NCBI GenBank assembly: GCA_951406725.2
Contig: OX597836.1
Span: forward strand, 12,462,001 to 12,526,000
Source of the DNA: Octopus vulgaris
Lineage: Eukaryota
Length of the DNA stretch: 64,000 nt
Reading direction: 5' to 3'
Both the position numbers and the translations under genes were made by a program. The notes under the pieces were generated by a model. That model saw only the letters and a program-made list of their open reading frames with translations, searched no databases and was not told the DNA's origin. Positions 26,909 to 41,540 of the stretch are shown here, piece by piece (positions within the stretch are counted from its first letter, which is position 1; each line of letters begins with the position of its first letter).

Positions 26909-27848
26909 TCGGTGTATATAAAACTGTTGCTTTCATCATTGATGTTGTTCATTTTGCCCTTTTCCACTGCACTTTAATATCTATCCCTCTGCCTGATAAC
27001 AACACTTCCTGACTACCTCGTATCCATTATATTATAAAATGGGCAAAACATTTCAAAAAGAAGCATTTGCAATTCAGCTTTTTATTGTTCCCGTCTTCCT
27101 TTTTCCATCATCCACGCTGCGTCTTTTATTTTATTTATTTCTGCGTTTCATGATTTAGTTTTATCTAGGCGTTTATTTATTTAGTTATTTAGATAATAAT
27201 GACTGCCTTAATAAAGTAAATAATGCTTATTGAATCCATTTGAAAAACCTATTGTTTTCTGCAAACAATATGCCATCACTCTTGGCAGGGGTGGCTGTGG
27301 AATGGAAAGCACCATTTTTTTTTCTTTTTTGATGATGATGGTGGTCGTGGTGGTGTTGGTGGTGATGATGGTGGTGGTGCAAGGAGTCCTTGATATCAAT
27401 CAAAACACACACACACACCTCCTGCTGAAACGATGATGGATGCAATGAAATGAAATGCTAGATCGTTCATTTTGTTGTATGACAACGCTTCACAATTGTC
27501 GGGAATTTTTGAAAAGAATCAATAAATTCTTCACCTTTTGATGTCTTTTACACTCGTTGGTTCCAGCCGAGATTGGGTTCGACGGCTTCACAAATTCATG
27601 GATTTGCATTGATCATCAAATAAACTGACAGGTTGTTTGTTTGTTTTGTTTTTTTGTTGTTGTTGCTTTTGTTCCTCTTCCCCCTGCCTCTCACACCTGG
27701 CTTTCAACAGGTTGTTGCTCTTGTTGGTGTTGTAAATTACATAACCAAGACTTGTTGTCAAATCCTCAGAGAAGTGTAACTTTTACACACAACATTATTA
27801 TATTGTAAAAATATTGACAGAATCAATCAACCTGGAAATGGCATGCAC

Positions 27849-27890
<42 letters not shown>

Positions 27891-28015
27891 CATGTGGTTG
27901 TGTCTGTTTGTCTTGACATAGCATGCTAATTATAAACAAATATCAGTCATATAAACATGGTATCTTTCATTTGGAATCTTCAGATATTATTGTACCAAAG
28001 TGTATACAGTTCTAT

Positions 28016-28244
28016 ATAGTGTAGTGGTTAAGAGCACAGGGCTACTAACACCAAGATTCTGAGTTCGATTCCAAGCGGTGACCTGAATAATAATAATAAT
28101 AACTACATGGAAAAATACCTTAAGAATGAGAACCCGGGTTTGAAATTTCCTCAAAACACCTGATGAATGCTGGAGGGTATATCAGCCGAAATGTTAGGTT
28201 AACAACAAGATGAGGACAAACATCCGTCAAATGTAAATAATGTA
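28016..28244 (+). mobile_element. Family H: tRNA-headed SINE-like element with hammerhead-like tail (copy 1)
   Basis: A-box tagtgtagtggttaag, B-box gagttcgattcc, (AAT)n linker, CTGATGA at 28160 and GAAA at 28188; homologous to 39602-39882. Confidence 0.75.
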
Positions 28245-29037
28245 TAAACTAATGATTTTGATATAAGTAGATTTTATATGTAGGATGGTAGTGCTTCAGA
28301 ATGTTCAGGAATTTTCTTAATAAATGACTGAAACACTTCAGCTTTTTATGCCCTTACACTCTTTGATTTTCCCCATGGGAAAAGGTACTTTCTGTAATTT
28401 CTTAATATTCAGTGGGACTGAACCTGGAACCATGTGGTTGGGAAACAAGCCTCTTACCACACAGCCACACCTGCAGATGATAGAAACATGAAAGTAGAAC
28501 CCAAAACATGAGTATTTGCCTTTGATCCTTCCATGGTTGATAAAATAAATACCAGTTGAACAAAAGGGTCCATATTATTACCTTAATCCCCTCAATCGAA
28601 ATTGACGGCCTTGTGCCAAAACATGAAACCATTATTAATGATCAGTAGAAGTTACAGATTTGAGGACCAAGAATTTCATGCTTTGGCACTGAATTTGTTT
28701 GGTAAGTGCCAACGCCAAAATTGATTTGCATTCTCTGTAAAAATCCCTGGAGACTTTCAACTCGTCAATAAAAATGCATAGCACAATGAGATTTGTGGTC
28801 TTTGAAGAGACCCATCCTCGTTCACGTTGATGGCTAGTTCATTGCAAAATATTTGAATTTAGATATCTGTCTCTCAAACGGACACACGTACAGGCAAAGA
28901 AAAACGTCGATGACATGTTTTATATAGTATTATTTCCTTTTGATATTATTGAATACATGTCTGTGTGTATGTATGTATGTACGTATATATATATATATAC
29001 ACATATGCATGAGTAGATGAGTGTGTGAATATATATG

Positions 29038-29080
<43 letters not shown>

Positions 29081-29188
29081 GTACATATATATATATATAT
29101 ATTTATATATGTACATATATATATATATATATATATATGTACATATATGTATATATATATATATACATATATGTATATATCATATATG

Positions 29189-29220
<32 letters not shown>

Positions 29221-30229
29221 TATATATACACACATATATATATATATACACATATATATATACAGGTATGTACATATATTGAAGAAAGTGAAGGAGTAGT
29301 TGACAGAGATAAATCAAATTACCAATTCTCTTTCTGATATGCTTTTTTTTCTTTTTCCTTTTTCTTCTTCCTGGAAGTCAGCCCAACATTAAATTATGAT
29401 CACCAGGGAATGGAGTAAATTAGTTTTAAAGTCATATTCAGGTTCTGTAGATTAAAAGTGCAACATAAAAAAAATAAAAACATGAGAAAATTTAGGTAAA
29501 AAAAATGAAGAAAAATTGAAGAAATATTGTGGTGTGCTGTGCTGTGCTGGGTGGATAAAAGGTATCACCTTCAAGGCAAAAAGAGGTGAAAGAGATGCTT
29601 TCAAAGTTGCCATAAACATGATTGGTTTACAATGAAATAACTTGCCATTGTTGGCGTCATTGCCGTCTCCATCGCTGTTCTTGTGAAAATGTTTTATTGT
29701 GGTGTGGACACTTGTAAAGTGAAAAAAACACTGTTAATTCTTTCAACAACACTCCCCCAACTCCTCTTCACTAATGTTCATCTTATATATACTAGCAGTA
29801 TATATTTTTTCCCCTTTTTTTGTTTCCATTCACCGTTCTGTGGATTAGAAAGTTCACTTTTGCTGCCATATGCCTTCAGGTTCGATTCTTATGTAAAGCC
29901 TCTTGGCCACTTTGGCAAGTATTTTCTGTTATAGCCTTGAATTAACAAAAATACTTGTAATGTGGAATTTGGCAGGTAGAAACAGCATCGAAGCCCATTT
30001 TACATGTGTGTGTATGTATGTATACAATGTCATTCTAATAATATGCGAATACACTGTTGAAATCTTGAAGCTACAAGATAATGCATGATTAATTGTAAAT
30101 AATGTAAATTAATAAGTATTGTGTTTGACTGAGTTATCAGAATGCTAAAGCATTAAACCATCCATATCTGGCCCAAATATTCTACAAGTTTTATGCTATT
30201 TATGAATATTCATTATGAATATTATAAAT

Positions 30230-30645
30230 AGGCGTAGGAGTGGCTGTGTGGTAAGTAGCTTGCTCACGAACGACATGGTTCTGGTTTAAGTCTCACTGTG
30301 TGGCACCTTGGGCAAGTGTCTTCTGCTATAGCTTCAGGCCGACCAAAGCTTTGTGAGTGGATCTGGTAGACAGAAACTGAAAGAAGCCTATCGTGTGTAT
30401 ATATATATATTTATATATATATATATATATGTGTGTATGTATGCTTGTGTGTCTGTGTTTGTCCCCCCAACATTGCTTGACAACCGATGCTGACATGTTT
30501 ACGTCCCCGTAACTTAACGGTTCGGCACAAGAGACCGATTGAATAAGTACTAGGCTTACAAACAATAAGTCCTGGGGTCGATGAGCTCAACTAAAGGTGG
30601 TGCTCCAGCATGGCCACAGTCAAAATGACTGAAACAAGTAAAAGA
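30230..30645 (+). mobile_element. SINE family A, full length
   Basis: ggcgtaggagtggctgtgtgg head through gactgaaacaagtaaaag tail. Confidence 0.9.
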
Positions 30646-30659
30646 AAAAATCAAAGAGA

Positions 30660-31110
30660 AAAATGTTATGTTATTTATGAATAAATAAGCATTACATTCG
30701 ACAGAATAATATGAATGCTAAAGGGTGAAACAAGCAGGATCCAACCTCTTGCACCTACCCTACAATATCATTCTAAATATATACCGTCACATCATTGAAA
30801 TTTCAAAGCTACAAGATAAGCTGTGATTAATTCAAAACAATGTGGATAAATAAGCATTAGATTTGGCAGAGTAATCTGAATGCTAAAGATTAACTATTTA
30901 AGCATTCAAACTGGTCATATTTTTCTATCTGTTTTATATTCAAACCAGCCAGATCCTGCCTCTCACACCTAACCTACAATGTCGTTCTAAAAATATACAA
31001 TCACATCCTAGAAAAATTTTGAAGCTATGAGATAATCCGTGATTAATTTAAAGTTATGTGAATAAATAGGGATTATGTTTGAAAAGGAGATCCAAAAGCT
31101 AAAAGATTAA
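30660..31110. mobile_element. Tandem degenerate M2 MITE copies
   Basis: Recurring gctacaagataa..gattaattcaaaacaatgtg.ataaataagcatt...gaatgctaaag blocks, the reverse complement of the 20990-21208 interior. Confidence 0.7.
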
Positions 31111-32205
31111 ACCACACCACCATGCTTGGGCCTATTGTGAGAGATACGGGTGGTGTGGGGCTGAGAGGTTGGCTCAGAATGATGAAGAATATGCTGTTAA
31201 TTCTTGAAGACTGAAACATGGGGAACAAAGAAGCAGTTCTTCAGGATTTAAAGAATGTCTTCAAACATTTTCAGTTCTGTTTTGTCTGAGAAGAATGGAA
31301 TTATTTTTTATTATATTTCATTTTGTTTTGTTGTTGATTTTTTTTTTTTTGATAAATTTTTTTTTTTTTTTTGCACTTTTGTAAACCAAACATTAATGGA
31401 ACAGATCAGTGCTGGGGGTGGTAGTGGTGGGCATGGCAGCTGTGACAAAAAGGATGACAGCAGGCAGCTATAATGATGATGACCATGATGATGATGATGA
31501 CTGGAAGTGGGTACAGAGAGAGGATATATAATATATATATATATAAATGTCCTCCTCCACCCATGTGTTAATTCTCTCTATATGACATATATATATGTTT
31601 ACATTTGTTGATATGATTGTATGTTTGTATGTGTGCATGTGTGTATATAATATATATATACATATATATGATATTATAGTCACACAAAGGTATGTATACA
31701 TACCCTATACTGTTCATATGTTATGTTTGCTAACTATCCCATTACAGTTCGAGAAAGAATGCTTTGTGCAATGACATAGGCTTGTCTATAGAAAAAAAAA
31801 AGGGAAAGCAAATATATATATATGTGTGTGTATGTGAATATATATATCGAGATAATACTGTATGTAGAGAGAGAGGGGGGGGATGACAAGGTACTAAACA
31901 ATCACCCAAGTAGGAAATACACTCTCCTCACTTCCCTTGCACTCTCTGGGTATGTGCTATATATACAAACATATAAGTGTGTGTATGTATGCATGTGTAT
32001 ATATATCTGTGTATTTAATCAGCTGAAATTGCAAGGATGATCCGGTTCTTGACTGAAGATTGCTCCAATCTGGCCAGCCCCAAAGGAAAATCTAAGCCAA
32101 GCGCATTAGATTCCTTGGAAGAAAGCCTCTCGAATGTATACAAAACAAGGACGGAAACGAATAAGAATACAAAAATACATAAAAACAATAATGATAATAA
32201 CAAAT

Positions 32206-32249
<44 letters not shown>

Positions 32250-32746
32250 ATATGTATGTCTGTGTCTCTATATATATATGTATACAAGTAATGCATGTGT
32301 ATGTATACATTATACACCCTGAGATTATCTCTCCCACAATACACAATTGTTCCCCCCTCTCCCCCACCGTCTGACATTTACAGGCGCTGGGTGTGTGTGA
32401 GGAGGGGGAGATGACTTAAGGTGGGGTCAGAGGTGTGATGGGTGGGTGGGTGTGTGTGTGTGTGTTATGGGATCTGTTTGCAGTGTTATCAGTGAAAGCA
32501 TTTAGTTTTGTTGGTATTATATAGAATGTAGGAGCAGGGGTGGATGGGAAGGGGTTGGGAGAGGGGGTGACTGGCGTGGGGGAGAGAGAAGGGGATGGGT
32601 GAAGGAGACAATGAAAATGACATGTTGTTAAAACTTGATCTTTGACCCCGTGGAATTCCAACAGGTTCTCACTTCAAAATTCAACACACACACACACATG
32701 CACACACACACACACGCACTCACACACACACGCTCACACACACACA

Positions 32747-32779
<33 letters not shown>

Positions 32780-32921
32780 CCTGCTAAACTTGTACATATG
32801 TGTGTATCGTTTATCTTTTTACTACTGTTGTCGTCATCAGACTGTGGCCCATGCTGGAGCACCACTTCGAAGAATTCTTAGTGAAATGAATCTACCCCAG
32901 CACTTTTTTGTACCTACGTAC

Positions 32922-33840
32922 GCTAGGAATGCGCCCCCCCCACACACACACACCCACACGCACACACGCCTCCAGGTACCAAGGGGGTAGCAACTTGAAA
33001 ACTTTGGGAATCACCGGTATATAAGATACACTCCCCACTCCCCCCCCCCAAAAAAAAAACAGTAACTTGAAAATGTGCCCCCCACCAAGTCCTATATGGC
33101 AACATGTGTTGGTTTGTTTACGTCACCTTAAACTAGCGGTGCGGCTAAAGAGACTGGTAGAATACGTCTTAGGCTTGTAAAAACATGTCCTGTAATCAAT
33201 TTGTTTGACTAAGGAAACTTCCAAGGCAGTGCCCCAGCATGGCCACAGTCAAATGACTGAAGCAAGTAGAAGGTAAAAAGGTATATATCCATGTACACTT
33301 TCATAAATACATAATACATACATACATTATTATGGCTGCCCCCTCGTTATCGAGTATGGCCATTGCACGAAGCTTAACTGTTACTGGTGCTGTGATCGAA
33401 TGTGACTTTTTAGCCCAGCCAAAGATCTACAATGTCTTGTACAGAATTGGCAACTAAAACCTGGACAGTTGCATGCTAGCCAGGTCTATGTCAAACTGTC
33501 CAACCCATGCCAGCATGGAAAGCGGACGTTAAATGGCGATGATGATGATGATGATGATGGTAGTGGTGGTGGTGGTGGTGGTGGTGGTGGTGACAGTTGT
33601 TTTGAATTTGCTGCAGAAAGTGGTCTATGTCTGCGGTGCTGAGTAGGGTGTGGGCACTAGGAATGTGCCCCCTCCCCTCCACACACACACACACACACAC
33701 ACGTCTCCAGGTACCAAGGGGGTTGCAGCCAGCTTGAAAAACTTTGGGAATCACTGGTATATAAGATACACTCCCCACTCCCCTTGCCCTCCCCTCAAAA
33801 AAAACATTAACTTGAAAATGTGCCCCCACCAAGTCCTGTA
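32922..33840. repeat. Local direct duplication of ~180 bp (32922-33095 and 33657-33840)
   Basis: Shared ctaggaatg...ccaggtaccaaggggg...aaaactttgggaatcac.ggtatataagatacactccccactc...aacttgaaaatgtgcccccaccaagtcct. Confidence 0.85.
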
Positions 33841-34465
33841 TGTGAAGTTAGACCTCCCATCAGCTCTAATACGTTAAAGAGTTTTATGCACTGCTGAAAT
33901 TGGGGTGTGTCTTTTATGTAATAAAAAAAATATGGTACATTTCATCGCTGGGAATCATTGTGTGTGCGTGTGTGTGCGCATATATGTCTGTGCATTTTTG
34001 TGCATGCTTACATGTACCGAACTTCTGTATCCCTCTGTGACTTACATATTTTGGTTTGCATCGCTTTTTGGCACTCCGTTAGAAATTCCAAACCCTTGAT
34101 TTCAAATTGCACTCCGTGGCCATTTGATGCTCTGCTAGAGATACCAAGATGCCAAACCGTTGCACCGCCCCGCTTTTTCTGCTCTGCCACCGATACCAAA
34201 ACATGGCATCGACTGGCATAGTTTTTTCTTTCTTATTCTGCTGTTTGAAAGTCTAAATATACTTCCACCAAAATGCACCGCATCGCCACCTGACTATCTG
34301 CAAGAAATATGCCAAGCCATCAGCGCTAGGAGTGACATGGGTAGGTGGTAAAAGCATTGACCTACTTGCTCATGGGTCTTGAGTTCAAATCCATACTACG
34401 TTTACATTTAGCATTTTCACAGACACCCGAAATCTATGGTCCTTATTCCATCCTTACTGATACTC

Positions 34466-34855
34466 TTTCTTTTACTCTTTTACTTGTTTCAGTCATTTTG
34501 ACTGTGGCCATGCTGGAGCACCGCCTTTAGTCGAGCAAATCGACCCCGGGACTTATTCTTTGGAAGCCTAGTACTTATTCTGTCGGTCTCTTTTGCCGAA
34601 TCGCTAAGTTACGGGGACATAAACACACCAGCATCGGTTGTCAAGCGATGTTGGGGGACAAACACAGACACACAAACACACACACACATATATACGACGG
34701 GCTTCTTTTCAGTTTCCGTCTACCATATCCACTCACAAGGCTTTGGTCGGCCCAAGGCTACAGTAGAAGACACTTGGCCAAGGTGTCATGCAATGCGACT
34801 GAACCTGGAACTATGTGGTTTGTAAGCAAGCTACTTACCACACAGCCACTCCTGC
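34466..34855 (-). mobile_element. SINE family A, full length
   Basis: Matches the family along its whole length. Confidence 0.9.
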
Positions 34856-35160
34856 GATGTTAATCTTTTTCTTATTATATTTCTGTTGAAATACACTGGT
34901 TTCGTTTCAGGTAATTTTGAAAAAAAGAGGAATTTATTAAAATGACTTTGTCATTAAGCTGGTAATTGGAACATAAATTAACAAGAAATTTTAATGGAAG
35001 GTGTTAATTTAGATCACTTTAACCCATATATCTGTGAAAACTACACTAGCTTCGTTTCACTTCTGAAAATAACGAAGAATTTAGCAAAATAGCTTTGTCA
35101 CTTATCAACTGGTGTTTGGATCATAAATCAACATGGTATTTTATGAGAAGGTTTCAATTT

Positions 35161-35468
35161 AATGTGAAGTATATTTGCCATTTAAATATGGCTAACCACT
35201 AAGGGTGGATGCTACTGTAGCTTGTACCCCCAGGAGGAATCTCCAGTTGGCTATTGACACACTTTCTGTGCCCTATCAGTATTTGCAAAGGGAAGCCATC
35301 CTTCCCATTGTCGACCTGACGTGATACGCACGGACCCGGGTTTCTGTGATAGGGCACAGAAAATGTGTCAATAGCCAGCTGGAGAAGATGTTCTCCTGGG
35401 GCTACAAGCTACAGTAGCATCCATCCTTAGTGGTTACCCATATTTAAGTGACAAATATACTTCACATT
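35161..35468. repeat. Long inverted repeat (~118-bp arms, ~68-bp spacer) inserted in an M1 MITE
   Basis: 35161-35278 is the reverse complement of 35347-35468 with few mismatches. Confidence 0.9.
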
Positions 35469-35793
35469 GTCGTGCAGCTGCTGTTTATACTTCATTCAGA
35501 GATTTATTATGGCTTGATTTTAATTTAGTTCCATTTCAAACAGGAATTTTGTGTCATAGAACCCGGGAGCAGTTCAGACAGGTTGTTACGGAAAAAGGGG
35601 TTAATAGGTGCAAACAGGTCTCAGAAGAATGCTACCATTGACCTCCCGGCATTCCAGTGCGTACAGAAATTTAAAACAGAAGCTTGTCATGAGACTAGAT
35701 TTAGGACTCAGACTGGTTGTGAATTGTCTCCGGAAAATTCTGTTAATGACATTTTTGCTCTTGTCACATTCATATTCATTTACATTATAAACA

Positions 35794-35832
<39 letters not shown>

Positions 35833-35984
35833 TATCTAAGCATGTACAAACATAGGTTCCTCTGCCTGGATTTATGTCTTGTTCAAATATATCGTGTCTG
35901 TATGTGTGTATGCATGTATATATATATTGTGTGTGTGTGAATATATATATTTACACATATGTGTATACGTGTATTTGTAAAGAC

Positions 35985-36143
35985 ATAGGAGCGGCTGTGT
36001 GGTAAGCAGCTTGCTTACCAACCACGTGGTTCCAGGTTCAGTCCCACTGCGTGGCACCTTGAGCAAGTGTCTTCTGCTATAGCCTCGGACTGACCAAAGC
36101 CTTGTAAGTGGATTTAGTAGGCAGAAACTGAAAGAAGCCTATC

Positions 36144-36203
<60 letters not shown>

Positions 36204-36390
36204 ATATATGTTTGTGTGTCTGTGTTTGTCCCCCCAACATCGCTTGACAACCGATGCTGGTGTGTTTACATTCCCGCAACTTAGAGGTTCAGCAAAAGAA
36301 ACCGATAGAATAAGTCCTGGGGTCGATTTGCTTGACTAAAGGCAGTGCTCCAGCATGACCACAATCAAATGACTGAAACAAATAAAAGAG
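35985..36390 (+). mobile_element. SINE family A
   Basis: Head, internal (TA)n and tail present; small internal deletion. Confidence 0.88.
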
Positions 36391-36510
36391 TATGTATACA
36401 CATATATGTATAAGTCAGTGCCCCAGCATGACCGCGGTCTAAATGACTGAAACAAGTGAAAGATATATGTACACACCCATATATATATAGACACATGTAT
36501 GTAATAATGT

Positions 36511-36812
36511 GGAGGCACAATGGCCCAGTGGTTAGGACTCGCGGTCGTAGGATCGCGGTTTCGATTCCCAGACCGGGCATTGTGTGTGTTTATTGAGTAA
36601 AAACACCTAAAAGCTCCACGATGCTCCGGCAGGGGGTGGTGATCCCTGCTGTACTCTTTCACCACAACTTTCTCTCAGTCTTTCTTCTGTTGGCCTGCTC
36701 GCTTAGCCAGCGGGGTGGCGTCATTCGAAGGCTAAAACAATGCGAACGCATTGTGACCAGCGATGTGTAGCAACATCTGATGGTCTGGTCAGTCACGTGA
36801 CGTGATCACGTG
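36511..36812 (+). mobile_element. SINE family D, tail type 1 (ends in CACGTGA repeats)
   Basis: tRNA-like head; atgtatgtaata repeated on both flanks (probable TSD). Confidence 0.85.
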
Positions 36813-38320
36813 ATGTATGTAATATATATATATATGTATATGTGTCTATATGCATACGTACATGTATGTGTAGTTATATATTAAGTGATGGTTGCTCAGT
36901 GAGTCGTGGATCAATAGCAATGCTGCTTACCCAGCGCTGGCGCTTCTGTGATTTGATCCCTTGTGTCTGCTCAGCAGTTTCACTCCCCATACCCAAACCC
37001 TCAACCCCCCCCCCCATTACCATATATGGCAAATGAATGTCAGTCTCCCCTAAGTATGTAGATAATATCTCTTATGATAGATTGCTTCTGGTTACTATAA
37101 ACTTAATAAGCCTGTAATTGTAAAATCCTTTTAAGTATTTCTCGTTAATTGATTAGCCCATCTTTTGTGGTAGTGGTAGTTGTTGTTGACGTTGATGTTC
37201 TTGTTGTTGTGATGAGTGTTAAGCTTCTATTATATATCACTTTCGCCCTCATAGTGTGATATGATGTGAGTTATATTGCCACCAGGGGCAATGTGCGTGT
37301 GTGTATGTATGTATGTGTATGTATAAGTGTTTGTATGTATGTGTGTGTATATAGATAATTATGTGTGCATGTACCTGCTTCTGTGTGTGTGTTTGTGGAT
37401 GGTTCTGTCTGTCTATATAAATGCATATATGGTTGTGTATGTGTGTGTGAATGTAGATAATTGTGTGTGTGTGTGTGTGTGTGCCTGCCTGCCTCTGTAT
37501 TTGTGGATGGCTCTGTCTATATAAATGCATATATGGTTGTGTGTGTGTGTGTGTGAATGTGTGTATGTGTGTGGATAAATTGTATGCATGCATGTTTTTG
37601 TGTGGATGGTTGTGTATGAATGTGTGTTTGCAGATGTCTCTGCACGTATGTGCATGTAGATAAATTGTGTGTGTGTGTGTGTATGTGGACAGTTGTGTAT
37701 GTATGTGTGTGTACTTGTGTATGGCGTGTATGTGTGTGTGAATAAATTGTATGTATGGCGCATGTGTGTGTAGATAAATTGTGTGTGTGTATGTATGTGT
37801 TGTTGATGATGGCTCTGTGTGTAGATTATTTGTGTGTATATGTGTGTGGATTTGCATGTAATTGAGCTACTATGAGTGTGACTGATTGTGTGTGTGTGTG
37901 TGTGTGTAATTCAGCCATTATGTTTCAGAATGATTGTGTGTGTGTGTGTGTGTCTCTGAGAAAATATATATGTATGTATATGTATATAATTGAGCTTATG
38001 ATGTGTACAAATGATTGTATGTATGTGTGTGTATATGACCATGTGAGTGTGTGTGTTATACATATGTGCGACTGTGTGAGGAAATTAATGTATGTGTGTA
38101 TATGTGTACCTGTGTGTGTGAAACTATCTGATTGTGTATGTGTTTTTGTTTATAAAAACGTATGCATATGTTTTAGTGTGTCAGTGTTTCTTTTGAAATG
38201 TATGTGTATATATATATATTTTTTTACTGTGCATTATGCATCGATGTGTGTGTATGTGTGTGTAAAGTATGTGGTTAAATGTGTTTATGTAAACTAATTA
38301 CCACTTATACACTCTTAGAG

Positions 38321-38354
<34 letters not shown>

Positions 38355-38376
38355 CACACACACAAACATGCATACA

Positions 38377-38504
<128 letters not shown>

Positions 38505-38840
38505 AAGAGAGACACACATACACATACACCATGTTGAGATTCCGGCACTGAAGGAATGGCAAGATACAATAGCATCTCTTGAAAGCATTTTTTTTTATCC
38601 TTCTTTTAGCTTCTAGCATCATCATCTTCATCATCATCATCGTCATCTAGGCTCTTCTTCCTTTCTTCAATTCGTCTTTTTCAATTCTTCTTCTAGGTCC
38701 TTCTTCTTGTTTTGTTTTTTTTTTTGTTGTTGTTGTCGTCGTTGTTCATGAAGTGGTGAGGGTTGGTGAGGAGGTAATTTCCGGATGAAATGGAAGTGGG
38801 AAAAAAAAACCAAAAATAAAATACAACCATAAACTAAGCG

Positions 38841-38873
<33 letters not shown>

Positions 38874-39601
38874 AAAAGAAAAAGAAAAGAAAGTTCGCAG
38901 AAACCACCAAAAAGAGCAAGAGAAAAACGGTACGGAACGAAGGAGTACAATTAATAGAATGACTGGAAGCTAACTGTTAGGAATCATTAAAACCATTTTT
39001 ACCTGGAACAGAAGGAAACAAAGAAGAAAAAAAAATAAACAAAAAAAAATATTCCTTGGGAGGCAGGACAAGATTGGTGAACAGGAAAAGAAAACAAGCT
39101 TCCTGATGTTTTGGGATTCTTCGGAAGTTTTGTTTTTTTTTGTTTTTTTTTGTTTTTTTCCCTACTCAAAGAAAAGGTTAATTTCCTTAGAGTTCCCTTT
39201 TTAGCATTATCATCAAGATGAAGAATCCCTGCTTCCTTTTTTGTTTGGATAATTAGTTCTGGATTAAGAGCCGGGGCTAAAGTTTCTTACATTTAATCTG
39301 ATTAAAAGCGAAAGTGTGTGTGTGTATGTGACTGTTCATGTGATCCTTGTGTGTGTGTGTGTGTGTGTGTGTATGCGTCTCTTCATGTGAGCCTTGTGTG
39401 TGTGTGTACCATCATCATCATTATTTAGCATCTGCTTTCCATGCTGGCATGGGTTGGATGGTTTGTTTGAAAATTGGTAATCTGGAGAGCTGTACCAGGC
39501 TCCAATCTGATTGGGAATGGTTTCTACAGCTTGATGCCCTTCCTAATGCCAACCCACTCCAGCACTGCTTTTTACATGTCACTGGATTCTTGGGGTTAGT
39601 A

Positions 39602-39693
39602 GCCCAGGCATATGGCATAGTGGTTAAGAGCACACGCTACTACGATTCCGGGCAGTGACCTGAATAATAATAATAATAATAACAATAATGATG

Positions 39694-39738
<45 letters not shown>

Positions 39739-39882
39739 TATCGAAAAATACCTCAGGAATGAGAACCCAGGTTCGAAATTTCCCCTAAGACACCTGATGA
39801 AGGCTGGAGGGTATATCAGCTGAAATGTTGTGTACACAACAAGCAAGATGAGGACAAATATCCATCAAATGTAAATAATGTA
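39602..39882 (+). mobile_element. Family H: tRNA-headed element with hammerhead-like tail (copy 2)
   Basis: tggcatagtggttaagagc head, long (AAT)n, then acac-CTGATGA-A-ggctg-gagggtatat-cagct-GAAA-tGTT-gtgt at 39790-39833. Confidence 0.78.
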
Positions 39883-40171
39883 AGATTTTATTAGTTCATT
39901 CAATTTCCTACAAGAATATATAGTTTTATATATGTAAAGTATGCCCTCTGTATGGCCTGTGAAAAGGATCTGTCTCCAAAGGGTTAATTATCATCATCAT
40001 CATTACCATCTTCATGACTAACTTTACTGCCTTCATTATCAACATTATCATCATCAACATTATCACCATCATCGGTGTCTGTCTGCCTTTTACTGCATAT
40101 CTGTAGCAGACATGAGCCTGTTGTGGAAGTTGAAAGACATTTAAATCTTGTGATGGCGGCTGCTGCTGCTG

Positions 40172-40213
<42 letters not shown>

Positions 40214-40476
40214 TCACTACTACTCCTACTTCTAGCGCTGTTATCCTATACCATCTCTGCCATGTGTCTTTTCTGTCTCTCTTTGGCCTTCTTTGATCTG
40301 CCTGTAGCCAGATTATGTTAGAAGCAGGGTTGGATCTGAAACTAAAGCAGCGCAATCTAAAGAGGTAACTCCCAAGAGGTTAAAAATGGTAAACCATTCC
40401 ATATTAGTTGGAGCAAATCAACAAGAGGCTGACAAGAGCGCAGAGTAATACTCTCTGTGACTAATCATAATCAGGG

Positions 40477-40865
40477 GCAGACGTAGCTGTGTGGTAAGTA
40501 GCTTGCTTCCCAACCACATGGTTCCGGGTTCAGTCCCACTGCATGGCACCTTGGGCAAGTGTCTTCTACTATAGCCTCTGGCTAACCAAAGCCTTGTAAG
40601 AGGATTTGGTAGATGGAAACTGAAAGAAGCCTGTTGTATATATATGGAAACTGAAAGAAGCCTGTCATATGTATATATATGTCTTTGTGTCTGTGTTGGT
40701 GTGTTTACATTCCTGTAACTTAGCAGTTTGGCAAAAGAGACCGATAGAATAAGTACTAGGCTTTAAAAAAAAAAAAGAAAGCCCTGAGGTCGATTTGCTC
40801 GACTAAAACCCATCAAGGCCGTGCTCCAGCATGGCTCCAGTCAAATGACAAAAAACAAGTAAAAG
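40477..40865 (+). mobile_element. SINE family A with a small internal duplication
   Basis: Family consensus, with atggaaactgaaagaagcctgt duplicated. Confidence 0.85.
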
Positions 40866-40884
40866 AATGACAGAGTGTACCAGG

Positions 40885-41540
40885 TCAAATATTTAGCGGC
40901 ATTTTGTGCCTTTACATTCTGAGTTCAAATTCTGCCGAGGTCAACTTTGCCTTTCATCTTTTCAAGGTCAATAACTTAAGTACCTATTTCTTTACTACCC
41001 ACAAGGGGCTAAACACAGAGAGGACAAACAAGGACAGACAAATGGATTAAGTTGCTTACATCAACCCCAGTGCGTAACTGGTACTTATTTAATCGACCCC
41101 GAAAGGATTAAAGACAAAGTCGATCTTGGCGTAATTTGAACTCAGAACATAGCTGCAGACGAAATACCACTAAGCATTTTGCCTGGCATGCTAATGTTTC
41201 TGCCAGCTTGCTGCCCTTTTGTTACCAACCCGGCTGAAACTGGCTCTGGCTCTTTAGTATAAATGTCTTGTTTCCATAAGTTTTGAATTCAAAATTTCCA
41301 CCAAATTTTAGTCACAATTTATGTTCCTAACACTAGCTCAATGATAACGATGTTATTTTACTAAATTCTTTCTTATATTTAAAATAATTGGAAGAAACAC
41401 AGAGCATCTCAAAATAAATACAGTAATGAAAGGGTTAAGTACCAGCTGAATGCTGGGGGATGGGGGGGGCGGTTTCAATGTGATCGATCGACTTACACCC
41501 TGAAATCATTGGCCTTGTAACCAAAACCTGAAGCCAGTAT
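40885..41540. mobile_element. Nested cluster: family B (+) interrupted by family B (-, 40985-41216) and an M1 MITE (41217-41438)
   Basis: ttaagtacc occurs at both ends of the insert; the MITE ends gtaatgaaagggttaa. Confidence 0.78.

Noticed and set aside
28016-28080. tRNA gene calls for the SINE heads (also 19209, 36511, 39610, 51485)
   Set aside because: A/B boxes are present, but there is no complete cloverleaf and each continues into repeat body.
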